NCBI RefSeq assembly: GCF_006345805.1
Contig: NC_043003.1
Coordinates: forward strand, 60,202,001-60,266,000
Direction: 5' to 3'
Origin: Octopus sinensis
Lineage: Eukaryota
DNA length: 64,000 nucleotides
Within the stretch, counting starts at the first letter, position 1. Each line of letters starts with the position of its first letter. Below, in pieces: positions 13,450 to 25,552 of the stretch. The position numbers and the translations under genes were made by a program. A model generated the notes under the pieces. That model made no database searches and was not told where the DNA came from. It saw nothing but the letters and a program-made list of their open reading frames with translations.

Positions 13450-13900
13450 CTCTCTTTTACTCTCTTTTACTCTCTTTTACTCTTTTACTTGTTTCAGTCA
13501 TTTGACTGCGGCCATGCTGGAGCACCGCCTTTAATCGAGCAACTCGACCTTATTCTTTTGTAAGCCCAGTACTTATTCTATCGGTCTCTTTTGCCGAACA
13601 CACCAGCATCGGTTGTCAAGCAATGCTTGGGGGACAGACGTATATATATATATATATACATATATACGACGGGCTTCTTTCAGTTTCCGTCTACCAAATC
13701 CACTCACAAGGCTTTGGTCGGACCGAGGCTATAGTAAAAGACACTTGCCCAAGGTGCCACGCAGTGGGTCTGAACCCGGAACCATGTGGATGGTAAACAA
13801 GCTACTTATATAAATATGTATAATAAGTATAATAAGTTATATAGGCGCAGGAGTGGCTGTGTGGTAAACAAGCTACTTACCACACAGCCACTCCTGCGCC
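13450..13900 (-). mobile_element. SINE family B with an internal inverted duplication in its head
   Basis: Family B tail and body; the head is interrupted by the palindrome at 13803-13940. Confidence 0.88.
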
Positions 13901-14169
13901 TATATACTTATTATACTTATTATACATATTTATATAAGTACATCATATATATATATATATATATATATATGGAAAAGCGTGTTGTGTGCACACATGCACA
14001 GGCGTGTAAGTTTGTGTGAATGGAGTCCCACTGAAGCAGGGGAAATATTTAAGTATCTCGGGACCTTTTTCACGAGTAAAAGAAAGGAGGGAAAATTCAG
14101 TGCAAGAACTACAGAGACTGGTGCAGAAATGAGCCAGATATAGCATTCAATCAACTTGCCTTCTTCCGT

Positions 14170-14615
14170 TCAGTATTCGTGTCTACCCCTAGTTATGGTC
14201 ATGAATCTTGGGTAGTAACCGAAAGAATACGATTGCGAATACAAGAACCAAAAATGAGGTTTTTCCTATCTTTCTAAGGGTCTTTGAAGTAAAGTTAATC
14301 GATAGAGTGTTTGTCTTGGAGATGAAAGAGGCACCCCAAGAAGAGCCGCAACTTCTCCGAAGTGAGAGATCACAGGTCCAACACTATGCACATGTGGTAT
14401 GAACGTCTGAGGAAAGAATCGCTGGACAGATTTTACGGGCAAAACCAGCCGGCGGGAGACCTAGCGATAAACCAAGAATCAAGAACGTTGAATAACATGT
14501 ATCGGTTAGTCTCGCTGAGGGATCCAGCCTGATGAATTTGAGACGGCTGCCTCGGATAGTACTCGAAGGAAATCGTGCTTGAGAACTTTGTCCCCATGCC
14601 CCTCACAAGACTTCA
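14170..14615 (+). pseudogene. RTE-clade LINE ORF C-terminal fragment
   Basis: YGHESWVVTERIRLRIQ..MRF / LIDRV..EPQLLRSERSQ..HV / AKPAGGRPSDKPR are the post-RT C-terminal motifs of RTE elements. Confidence 0.75.
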
Positions 14616-14765
14616 TCCGTTACTGTGATGGATATCATATTCAGTACATTGGAATTTTAGATTACCTGTCAGTTGTTTTATCCTCTGGTTGTACTCCCAG
14701 CAGTATTTGATTTCCATTAATCAAACTGTGTTGCATTTCAAGGGGCTAACTGTGATGAAATGTTC

Positions 14766-14832
<67 letters not shown>

Positions 14833-15199
14833 GCGATTACTGTGGATGACACCAGTTAGCAATAAGGTGTGAACGTGCTTTGCTGGCATACTACTAGGGA
14901 CATGCCCAGAGCGCAGTTTACATTTTGAATTAAAATCCAGACTTTCATTATAACCTATATATATACGCTGTAAGGCGCGCCACTTGAGCAAAAGTTTGGC
15001 TCAGAGGTATGTTCCATGCTCCACTGCGGTTAGATGCAGCGCATTAAAAGACGGAATAAGCTAGTGTGTAAGGTAATAATATAGATAAAATGCAGGAAAC
15101 ATATTTTAAATAAGTTTTAGAAATCTATGCTTTATAAAGAATACACGCGTTTCGAGAAATTAAATGGCAAGATTACATAAGTGTTTGCTGAATATTATA

Positions 15200-15285
15200 A
15201 AATTGTATTCTTTCAACAAACCATGATTTGAAATAAGTCGAAAGGCAAGCTACTATAAATCGGCACGAACTTTCCGCACAACCCA

Positions 15286-15288
<3 letters not shown>
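15200..15288 (+). mobile_element. Mariner-type right terminus
   Basis: Ends cggcacgaactttccgcacaacccaa|TA; the reverse complement TATTGGGTTGTGCGGAAAGTTCGTGCCG is mariner TIR-like. Confidence 0.55.
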
Positions 15289-15334
<46 letters not shown>

Positions 15335-15486
15335 ATCAAAATAAGCAACAAGGATATCCAGAGGTTGCATATATCCTTGTTGCTTATTTGATTTTAATCA
15401 TCTTATTTTGAAATTGTATGATAATACCATACTAAATTCTAGTGTCTCAACTTAAGTACATATTCATCTGTATATATACGTAATGT

Positions 15487-15586
<100 letters not shown>

Positions 15587-16019
15587 AGAGAGAGAATTTA
15601 TAAGATTTGTGTATGTGTGTGTATGCAGCAAAGCAGGTTTGCATACATCTGCTGCCAAATTCCACCTACGTTAAGAAAAATGCAAATGGCAGTCATGAGA
15701 AGACCGTAATAATTTCTATGAAACTTCAGCATTGAGAGCACTTTGTAGGCTTATTAATTGCGTATTAATTATCGACATGATGGCATTAAATGAAGCGATC
15801 TGAAATGTTAAGGATTTAACCCTAGGCCGATCTCAGTGGAATTTGAACGTAGAACATAAAACCGTACGACATACTGCGAAGCATTTTGCTCGGTGAGCTC
15901 ACGATCCTGTGAGCTCTCCGCCTTCGTAACATGAGTAATAATAAGGATAAAAATTATTGATGAGAAGGAAATAAAAGGGGAAATGAAGATCTGAGAGAAG
16001 TGGAGAAAGGAAAGAAGAT

Positions 16020-16460
16020 AAAATGGATGACATCAATGACAATGAGGATGATGATGATGGTTATGATGATGATGAAGAAACAGAGGAGGAAAATAATGAC
16101 AACAATGATGAAGAAGAAGGAAAGAATAATTATGATGGTGATGCTAATTAAGAGGAAGTCACAGAATAGAATGGTGAGGATGATAATAATGATGATGACG
16201 ATGATGATGATGATGATGACAACGACGACGGCGATGGTGATGGTGATGGTGTTGATGATGATGACGATGATGATGATGATGATGATAATGATGATGATGA
16301 TGATGATGATGACGATGGTAATGACGATGACGATGATGATGATGACGACGACGACGACGATGATGATGATGATGATGATGATGAAGTGGAGGAGAGAGAG
16401 AGAGCGGAGAATGGTGACGACAATGACGATAGTGACGACGATCACGAAGATGACAAGAAC
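16020..16460. repeat. (GAT)/(GAC)n compound microsatellite
   Basis: Directly visible; it accounts for the poly-M/I/S ORFs. Confidence 0.95.
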
Positions 16461-16765
16461 ATTTTGCTGATGAGGAAGATGGCGGCGGCGGTCAGAATGA
16501 CGCTGCCACCGATAACTGGCATTATCGACTATCTATTATACTTCTTTCCAGAAAGAGAGTTTATGTTTGAATAAGACGAAGGAAAAATGATATCACAAGT
16601 TGCATTGCATTGATAGTCTCAGATGAACAGGATACGTCGACGGATACAGCGTAAAGAAGAGAGAAGAAAGAAGAGCTGCATATATATATATATATATATA
16701 TAGATGTTAAGCACAAAGACATGCGTGTGGGTGAGGGTGGTTGTATGGGGGGTTGAGCATGTGCT

Positions 16766-16803
<38 letters not shown>

Positions 16804-16855
16804 TATATGCGTATGTATATATATAAATGTGTATCGATGTGTTTATATATACATG

Positions 16856-16931
<76 letters not shown>

Positions 16932-16932
16932 C

Positions 16933-16963
<31 letters not shown>

Positions 16964-17199
16964 CATATATATACATACATACATATATACATACATATAC
17001 ATACATATATACATACACATATATACATATATATATACATATATATACATATATAATTGTGTGTGTGTGTGTATATATGTATATATATAATAGCTTGTCG
17101 TATAGCTTGTGTGTACAGTTACATATAAGACTGTCACTGTCGTGTTGAAATATATACATACATACACACATACATACATATATACGTACATATATATAC

Positions 17200-17259
<60 letters not shown>

Positions 17260-17860
17260 GTGTATATATACGTACATATATACATATACTTACATATTTA
17301 AATATATATATATATATCTAGATACATACGTGTGTGCGAGTGTTTGTGTATGTCTGTATGCGTGAGTATTTATATATGTGATGTATGTATATGTATTACA
17401 TGAGTTTTTAGATATTTCAAACGGATGATGTCTATTAGTAAACTTCTTACTGGATATCACATCAAACAGTCATTGATCTAGCCTCACAGCTATCTCCTGA
17501 GACTTTGTTGTCCGCGGAATCAATAAACTGACAACTGTAGCTAGTCTTACAGAACATGCTATTTATTTCTTAGAACATGCAAGCGACTGACCACAGGTCG
17601 ATTGAATCTAATCATTTATCGTAGCCTATATTAAAGTAACACTGCAATACTATTCATTCGCTGGCCAACGCTTATTTGAAAAAAAAAAAGAGAAAGAAAA
17701 ATAAGAGAAAAATGTGAAAAAGATCTCATGTTCAGAGTGATGCGCTTGTACATATGCACAGCAACACAAAGACGCGTGAGTCTGTGTATATGTACATATG
17801 CATGTAGAAATACATATCCAAGGAATGCTTGAATATAAAAACACATATATAAGCATAGAG

Positions 17861-17915
<55 letters not shown>

Positions 17916-18042
17916 ATATGTATGTATATGTCAATGTGCGTATGAGACACAGGCAGAAGCAGAGACAGAGAGTAAGCCCGACAGACACGGAGATATATAT
18001 GTATAATCATATATATACACATGCGTATAAACATTATATATA

Positions 18043-18085
<43 letters not shown>

Positions 18086-18439
18086 GCACACTCACACACA
18101 CATACATATATATATATAAACTATATACATTATTTCCCGCCTCCATGTATATGTATGTGTGTATGTATATATTTATGTATGATGTATATGTTAATGTATG
18201 TATGCATGTGCGTGTGCGCCCGCGTATCTGTGTGCGTGTCTGCAGGAGCAAAATGAAGAACATCCTCGCGATGTGACATAGATTGTAGAACGTATAACAT
18301 CTAAATCATCTTATATACAGTATATCGTATTACACAAATGATTTATTACCTGTACCTATCTTGGAAACCTTGGCAATCACGTATACTAACACATATTCAT
18401 GATGATATATAAATATACATAAAGGAAAAGATCCCTGCA

Positions 18440-18875
18440 TCGCCATCAAAACACAGGACAAGACACTGCAACATTTTGGGTTTCAAGTGCCTAGAGCTCT
18501 TGAATATGCTTCCAAAATGCTTGAGAGACCTGCATCGTGTGGATGTAAGTGTCTGGAAGCCATCTACTCGCAATACCAGAGGGCGCACACTCTCCTACCC
18601 TGATGTAATCTCCAGGGATACAGGCATCCAGCATCAGGACCTCTGTAATGCCATGATGGACCGTGAAGTCTGGCGTAGCATGGTAAATTCCATTGTCTCG
18701 ACCACGGTCGAACAATGATGATGATGAAGTGTTTTTAAAACAAAAGTAGATCTCTGCTAATCAAGGGTTCCAGACGAGTCTACCTCACGGCTGGAACACA
18801 GATGAGAGCAGCAGCATCAAAATACCTGATTGGTCAACTTTGGTCCCCCAGCATGACCGGAGCTTTGAAGCTGAA
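18440..18875 (+). mobile_element. 3' fragment of the CR1/L2-type LINE family, interrupted by an RTE insertion
   Basis: PSKHRTRHCNILGFKCLELLNMLPKCLRDLHRVDVS|VFKTKVDL..GVPDE..QMRAAAS matches the C-terminus of ORF 26551-27390. Ends ccccagcatgacc..agctgaaac. Confidence 0.8.
18553..18726 (+). mobile_element. 5'-truncated RTE-type LINE with (TGA)n tail and 6-bp TSD
   Basis: WKPSTRNTRGRTLSYPDVISRDTG..AMMDREVWRSMV followed by tgatgatgatg. AAGTGT flanks it at 18547-18552 and 18727-18732. Confidence 0.8.
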
Positions 18876-18919
18876 ACATTTTGAAGGCATAAAAGAAATT
18901 ATATATACGTATATATAGT

Positions 18920-19105
18920 AAATCCAAACAAGAACAAACATATAAAGCACAACGCGGAGACGTCATACAAGACGTCATTCAGGTAATGTATTAGTAGATG
19001 CTCAGGGAAGGAAAGAAAGATAGTTTAACGTTTCGAGCAGACGTTCTTTTTCAGAAACAGTGAAAAGTCCGATAGGCGGGAAGGCAGAGAAATAAAATTG
19101 CCAAC
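18920..19105 (-). mobile_element. Penelope-like pLTR/tail fragment with a mutated minimal hammerhead
   Basis: Minus strand: guuu CUGAAAA a gaac gucu gcuc GAAA cg UU aaac (19023-19058). Same family as 49360-49545; the 3' end runs into a TA-rich tract. Confidence 0.6.
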
Positions 19106-19263
19106 GATTCACATATGTTTATATATAGATGGTCACATATAGTCATGGAGTCGATATGTTCAACTAAAACCCTTCAAGGCACTGCTCCAGCATGGCTGCA
19201 GTGAAATGACTGAAACAAATTAAAACATAATAGAGAAGATAGAAGATGTATGTATATATACAA

Positions 19264-19309
<46 letters not shown>

Positions 19310-19317
<8 letters not shown>

Positions 19318-19477
19318 AGCTTCTTTTAGTTTCTGTCTACCAAATCCGCTCACAAGACTTTGGTTGGCCCAAGGCTATAGTAAAAACATTCAACGAAGGT
19401 GCCACGCAGTGTGACACGAAACCGGGAACCATGTGGTTGGGAAGCAAGCTTTTTACCACACAACCACGCCTGCGCCT
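19310..19477 (-). mobile_element. SINE family B head fragment
   Basis: aaggtgccacgcagt..gggaaccatgtggttgg..accacacaaccacgcctgcgcc. Confidence 0.8.
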
Positions 19478-20052
19478 ATATGTACATATATTTACATATA
19501 ATTAATTACCTTTCTTTCTCTTTCCTTGTATATCTATCTCTTTCTCTCTCACCCTCTCTCTTTCTCTTTCACTCTCTCCTTGTCACTCTCACTCATGTGT
19601 ATCGACATGCTGGCATTTCATTTGCAAATATGTCTATTCATCTGATATAATTAATATAATGTGATTCTGTGTTCTGGTCGTTTATTTGTTAACTTTAAAT
19701 GCTCCGAGTTTATTGTTCAAAATATAAAGTGATTGATTGATTTTCCGATATTTAAAATTTAATTTATTGAAGCCAATACAATCAAGGTCGATGTATGTTA
19801 CTCTGTATGTGTGAACATACACACTCACACACACAAACATGCACATATATATGTATTAATGTTTGTTTTATATTTAGTTATAATCACAATTTTCCATTAA
19901 TTTGATGGATTACTTTATACTTTTGTAGAGTAGAAATTTACCATTCTTATACAAGAATACTGATGACAGTGACTTCGAAGTTTTGGGCAGCTAACCAATC
20001 ATCACAGTCCATCGATGGCTTAGCTGTCAACGACATTCTTGGAAAAGTATAC

Positions 20053-20097
<45 letters not shown>

Positions 20098-20147
20098 ATG
20101 TAGGTATGTGCGTATATACATATATATGTATGTATGTAGGTATGTGC

Positions 20148-20190
<43 letters not shown>

Positions 20191-20196
<6 letters not shown>

Positions 20197-20321
20197 GTCC
20201 CCCAAAAATGTATACACACCTTAAATAATTGTAAATTTGTTATTCTTTGTAAGCCTAGTACTTATTCTATCGTTCTCTTTTGCCGAACAACTATGTGTAT
20301 ACATTTTTTGGGGACACCCTG
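20191..20321. mobile_element. 131-bp Tc1/mariner-type MITE with 28-bp TIRs in (TA)n
   Basis: Left tagggtgtcccccaaaaatgtatacaca vs reverse complement of right cagggtgtccccaaaaaatgtatacaca; TA on both sides. Confidence 0.85.
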
Positions 20322-20345
20322 TATATATATATATGTGTGTGTATG

Positions 20346-20460
<115 letters not shown>

Positions 20461-21149
20461 AAAATTTGATAAGTTTCGGAATAAAATTGTTCCAGGCCTG
20501 CTCTAACTGAAAGAATTTGTTTAGTTATTTTTAAGTAAGATTTTGAGGGATCATGACCCATTCAAGTCGAGGGTTGTATACGCACACATAACACACACAT
20601 AAACACACACAAACTCATAAACAGATGCACACACAAACGCACAAACACAGACACACACAAGCGTGCACACATCCATGCACTCGCGCACACAAAATATTTG
20701 ATATAGTACACTTTATAAATCTACACGTGTTTCGTTAAATTCACTGGCAGTATTACATAATTGTGTGTTGAAAACTATATAATCTAAATAAAATACTTCA
20801 GTATTATGTAAAATATGCAAAGAATCTTTAATTGCACAGTATATATATCCACGCAATGCATCTTATTAATAATATAAGTTGTGTAGCGGGACCCGAGGTT
20901 CAGTGTAATAGGAGAAAATACACAGGGAACAGAAGATCGAGGTTCATTTATTGGCTCGATAGACATAATAACTCGTACATACACACACACACTCTCATAT
21001 GTATGCAATGCAGAAGAAAGAAGGAAAGAGACAACTGCAGTCTTGTAAATAAGACAACTCAAGCATCAACAACCTGCACAATGACCACTTCTACGATACC
21101 AAAGCCAGGCCTACCGACCGTGACAATGATAATAATAAGAACCATAATA

Positions 21150-21348
21150 ATCGTTTCATGCTTTGGCAGAAGGCCAGCACTATCGGGAAGGCGTTAAGTC
21201 GACTACATCGAGGCCAGTGTTCAACTGGTACTTATTTTATCGACCCTGAAAGGATAAATGGCAAGGTAGGCCTCGGTTGAATTTGAGATCCGAACGTAAA
21301 GACGGCCGAAATGATGCTAAGCATTTTATCCTGTATGTTAGCGCCGCC
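21150..21348 (-). mobile_element. SINE family A
   Basis: Reverse complement of the family A core: ggtacttattttatcgaccctgaaaggat..ggcaaggt..cctcgg..gaatttga. Confidence 0.8.
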
Positions 21349-22045
21349 CTAACTGGAACAATTATAATTCCTAATAATAATACCTATTAATATCTATGGT
21401 AAGAAAAGCAGCGAGAATACGAGCAGCCCCTGCCGTAAATTAAGTTCAAGGGAGCAAGTGGTCAGTTTATTGTCAGGTTTATGGAACCCGCTTCAAACAA
21501 TTTGCTTGGGCGTATTGATAGGTATATCGGTGATCGATAGTCAATGATGACCGAGAGGTCGTACACCACCCACCACTCCCCTTACCACACACATGCATTA
21601 ACATCCCGTGTAACATACCCCACACGTTCAGACAATCTACGTATCCATGCACATATATACGTACCCATACACACACATACATACGCACACACAAACACAC
21701 ATACACATACACACATACCCACACACAAACACATCTACACACTGCCCACACACACACATACAGAGATTCACACATAAATGTATATAAGTTCAGTGAGGCA
21801 TCTAGGCGATCATATTACAGTATCACACATGAACAAATATCTCCACATTATACCAGACTGTAACTTCTTTCTAATCTTACGTTTTTCCTCACCCTGTACT
21901 CACCTACCTCTTGTCGCCGGCAAGCGTTAAAGTTCGTAGATATTCATTAAAACTTGGCAGATTATCTAAATATATAATGTACGTCCATTTGATACTATAA
22001 GTCAATATGGCTTCTCCCTCAGAAGTAGTACTGGACGCGTGGAAG

Positions 22046-22290
22046 AGCGTGGCTTAGTGGTTACATTATTCGGCTCACTACACTTAGGCTTTGAGTACGA
22101 TTCCCGGCAGTGCGTTGTGTCCTTGGGCTAAACGCTTTATTTCACGTTGATCCAGTTCATTCAGCTGGTAAAAATTAGCAATATTTGTAATTCAAAGTGC
22201 CAACCTTGACACATTCTGTGTAAGGCTGAATCTCCCTGAGAACTGCGTGTCTGTGGAATGCTCAACCACTTGCTCGTTAATAATCACGCC
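22046..22290 (+). mobile_element. Decayed tRNA/CORE-type SINE (distinct subfamily)
   Basis: gcgtggcttagtggtta (A box)..gagtacgattccc (B box)..tgtgtccttgggc..ttatttcacgttg. Confidence 0.6.
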
Positions 22291-23720
22291 TCGACTGCTC
22301 CTTCAATTGGATCACCTGGGACCCTCATCGTCGTAATTGACCGAATTAGTAGGGGGTTCCACAATACATTTCACAGATGGGTGTATAATTACAAGTAATC
22401 CAGATAATCCTTCCGGATGCTGTACGCATGTGATCGAATGGTGAGCAATCCAGTTTGGCATCTTAAATATTTTCCCGTTCTCTTTTGTATTATCGTGTTT
22501 TGATCTGTTTCCCATTTCGTCTTTAAATTTCTGTGCTCACTGATAACTTAAAACTCGTTGCTCTATATGTGAAACCAGAAGATCCTTTCTGCTTCAGTAT
22601 TTAATCCATCCTTGCCTGATGTTCATTTTCACTTTTTAGCTGTTGGTAAAGTTTTCTTCGTTGTTTTTGAAGAGCCTGTTCTACTGGTATTGACTTATCT
22701 TTACTGATAACTGTCTTTATTCTTACTTTATTTTTACTTTATGTTTTTTACCTTCAGCTACCTGTAATCCGCTGTATCACATGTTATACTCTTTTGAAGC
22801 TCTTCGTTATTTATATCCTTCAATATCTTCTGTTCAGTTATTGCATTTATCCTTCCAAAAGTTCTGTTGAGTTCTCCATCATGATCTTCAAGTTTCCATT
22901 TCCATCATGGCACCATGGGTCACTGTCATTTGTTTTTCTTTGTCTTTTAACCCTAACAATTCCGTCAGCAACAGAGGCTGCACTGTGTATGGTCATTTAG
23001 GTGTGTTATATTTCAGCATTAATTTTCTTTAACAATGCTCTACCCTCATGTGAATTCCACTTTGTCCGACAAATTTCTCACGCCGTATTGTTAGTGCTCA
23101 CACTACCCCTACACAGTTTGGTAAATAATTTTTTGCATTCCTCTCCGAGCATGCTCTTTCAATATAATTTATTTTCTAAATGGCGTCTTCTCAATGAATC
23201 TTTCTTAAGCCTTAAAAATAACTCTCCATTTGTCACAAATAGTATCATTCATTCGAAGAAGATCTGGCTACCGCTTGTAACATGTCTCGACTCATTTATT
23301 ATTATGATTTCTTTTGCTTGGTACCCGACTTGCATTTTTACTGTAATCTTTCTTTGGATGTGGATCGAAGGAAAGAAAATAAAATGTTTTATCTTTGAGT
23401 TAGACTGAGGGTTTATACGAACATATACTAAGTAATCATCTTCTTTGCACAATATGGGCCGATGATCTGGTCAGTAGAGTTGTAACATTTAGTGATATAT
23501 GATCAGTTAGAGAGTACTGTGGACAAACAGAACCTCATATTCTAGCAAGGTCACAAAATAATACCAGAACTGAGGTATGCAGAGTGGGATGAGAGAACGT
23601 ATCCATATTTCAGTATGTATGAGCTGGTGAGTTTTATGATTGAAGATAGTGAATTTCCCACCAGAAATATATAACTTCTTTTGGTACTCCACAGAACGCG
23701 AAAACAAGAATATATTTAGA

Positions 23721-24052
23721 GTTCTATATTTAAGTGATGAGGAATTATATACATTATTTACATTATTTACATTCGACGGATATTTTTCCTCATCTTGTTA
23801 ACACAATGTTTCGGTTGATATACACTGCAGCCTTCTTCAGGTGTTTTGGGGAAATTTCGAACCTGGGTTCTCATTCCTAAGGTTGTTTTCGATGTTGTTG
23901 TTATTATTATTATTATTATTGTTATTATTATTATTATTATTATTATTGTTGTTGTTGTTGTTGTTGTTGTCGTCGTCCAGATCACTGCTTGGAATCGAAC
24001 TCGGTATCTTGGGGTTAGTAGCCCGCGCTCTTAACCATTACGCCATATGTCC
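23721..24052 (-). mobile_element. tRNA-headed SINE-like element carrying a minimal hammerhead
   Basis: Minus strand order: A box tggcgtaatggtt (24045-24033), B box gagttcgattcc (24002-23991), (AAC/AAT)n, HHR fold (23845-23800), ~80-nt tail. The tail family recurs at 59935-60032. Confidence 0.65.
23800..23845 (-). ncRNA. Minimal Type I hammerhead ribozyme, partly decayed
   Basis: aacac CUGAAGA a ggcug cagUguauau caacc GAAA ca UU guguu. Stem I 5 bp; stem II 4 of 5 bp; stem III ca where the sister copy at 59935 has palindromic aacguu. Confidence 0.6.
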
Positions 24053-25163
24053 GTGGGCATATGGCCTAGTGGTTAATAATTTAAATAATATAAATAAGAA
24101 TATATATCTATCCACAATCATACTTTTCCACCCAACCTAGAGTACTGTCCCTTTCACACAACTTTTGTCGATTTTTAGCATCGACAAAAGAAATAATGAT
24201 GAATTCGCCATCCCAAAGCAGAGAGTCAAGCGGTTTGACAGAGCGACAGTCACATTTAAAAAGCCACAAATCCACAACACCATCATAAGTCTTTGGTAAA
24301 AGATGAGAGGAAAAGAAAGAGGGCGTTAAAGCTTCGCAAATTATCTTAGAATGTTCCAACTGTCTATATTTTCAGAATATCCCAGTGTCATTCAGATCAT
24401 ATTTAGTTAGGCCGCTTGTTAGATTAATAACAAAAGAACAATGAAGAGTGACCACAATTTCGAAAAGTTATGTACAGGGACCATAAATTGGTCACATGTA
24501 CAGTCGACCAAATTCAGGCTACCGACACACAATAATCACTATGTCTTGGTAACCTACACTATAATTTCGCTAATTACTAAGCTGCCTTTCATGCTCCGAT
24601 ATCGAGACATACTAGGTCACCTTATGCTTAAGTCAGCAAAACATCCAAGATGTAACAGCTGAAGGAACAGAGGTTTGTACTAGCACACAGACTAGTGTTC
24701 ATTACAGCTAAGTAGCCTTGAGTAAGGGGAAATGAAGTGTCTGGCACGCGCCGTATTTTCCTGGAATTGAACCATGGTTTATGATCTTGACCTAAATCTT
24801 AAACAGGCTTGGTTATTAGAATCTAAATGCTTCACTTCTGGCACGTAATGCTTGCAGTGATGGGATGAGCGATTTCTTTTAGGCGGTGGTTGACAATGTT
24901 GTTTCATATTTAAACATCGTAACAATAATACTGCTTACGGAATATCTATACAAATCTAATTATCCACCTATACGTTTCTCACGAGATCTAGGTATATAAG
25001 GTCTAGAAAAAGCAATTTTCGATATTCATACAATTAACACACTAAAGATTATTTATCAAATTTGTGCAGTGCATTCGGGATAAAACTAGATAGGGGAAAA
25101 ACCTAACAAATAAATATACACATATTAACGCACGTACGTATGTATGAATGTATATATATATAT

Positions 25164-25199
<36 letters not shown>

Positions 25200-25296
25200 A
25201 GTTACATTTACGCACATTTATGTTAATGCCGAAGATGTTGATATTGACGCTGATGTTGGTAGGGAAATTAGAGTTTTGTGAACACTATACACACAC

Positions 25297-25329
<33 letters not shown>

Positions 25330-25368
25330 ATTATGGGTGTGGACGAATATATGTCGTTTATGTATGTA

Positions 25369-25445
<77 letters not shown>

Positions 25446-25510
25446 GCAGGCATATATACATTATATGTGTACATATATTTGTGTGCATGCGAATGTGTGT
25501 TTGTATGTGA

Positions 25511-25552
<42 letters not shown>

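Noticed and set aside
15140-15190. Minus-strand GAAAcgcgTG motif (similar one at ~20725)
   Set aside because: It looks like a hammerhead 3' half, but there is no CUGANGA-type core upstream and H would be G.
15954-16470. Poly-M/I/S ORFs
   Set aside because: (GAT)n microsatellite.
23978-24052. Bona fide tRNA gene
   Set aside because: It has A and B boxes, but the acceptor and anticodon stems pair poorly and it runs into a microsatellite. Treated as a SINE head. The same applies to the family A, B and C heads.
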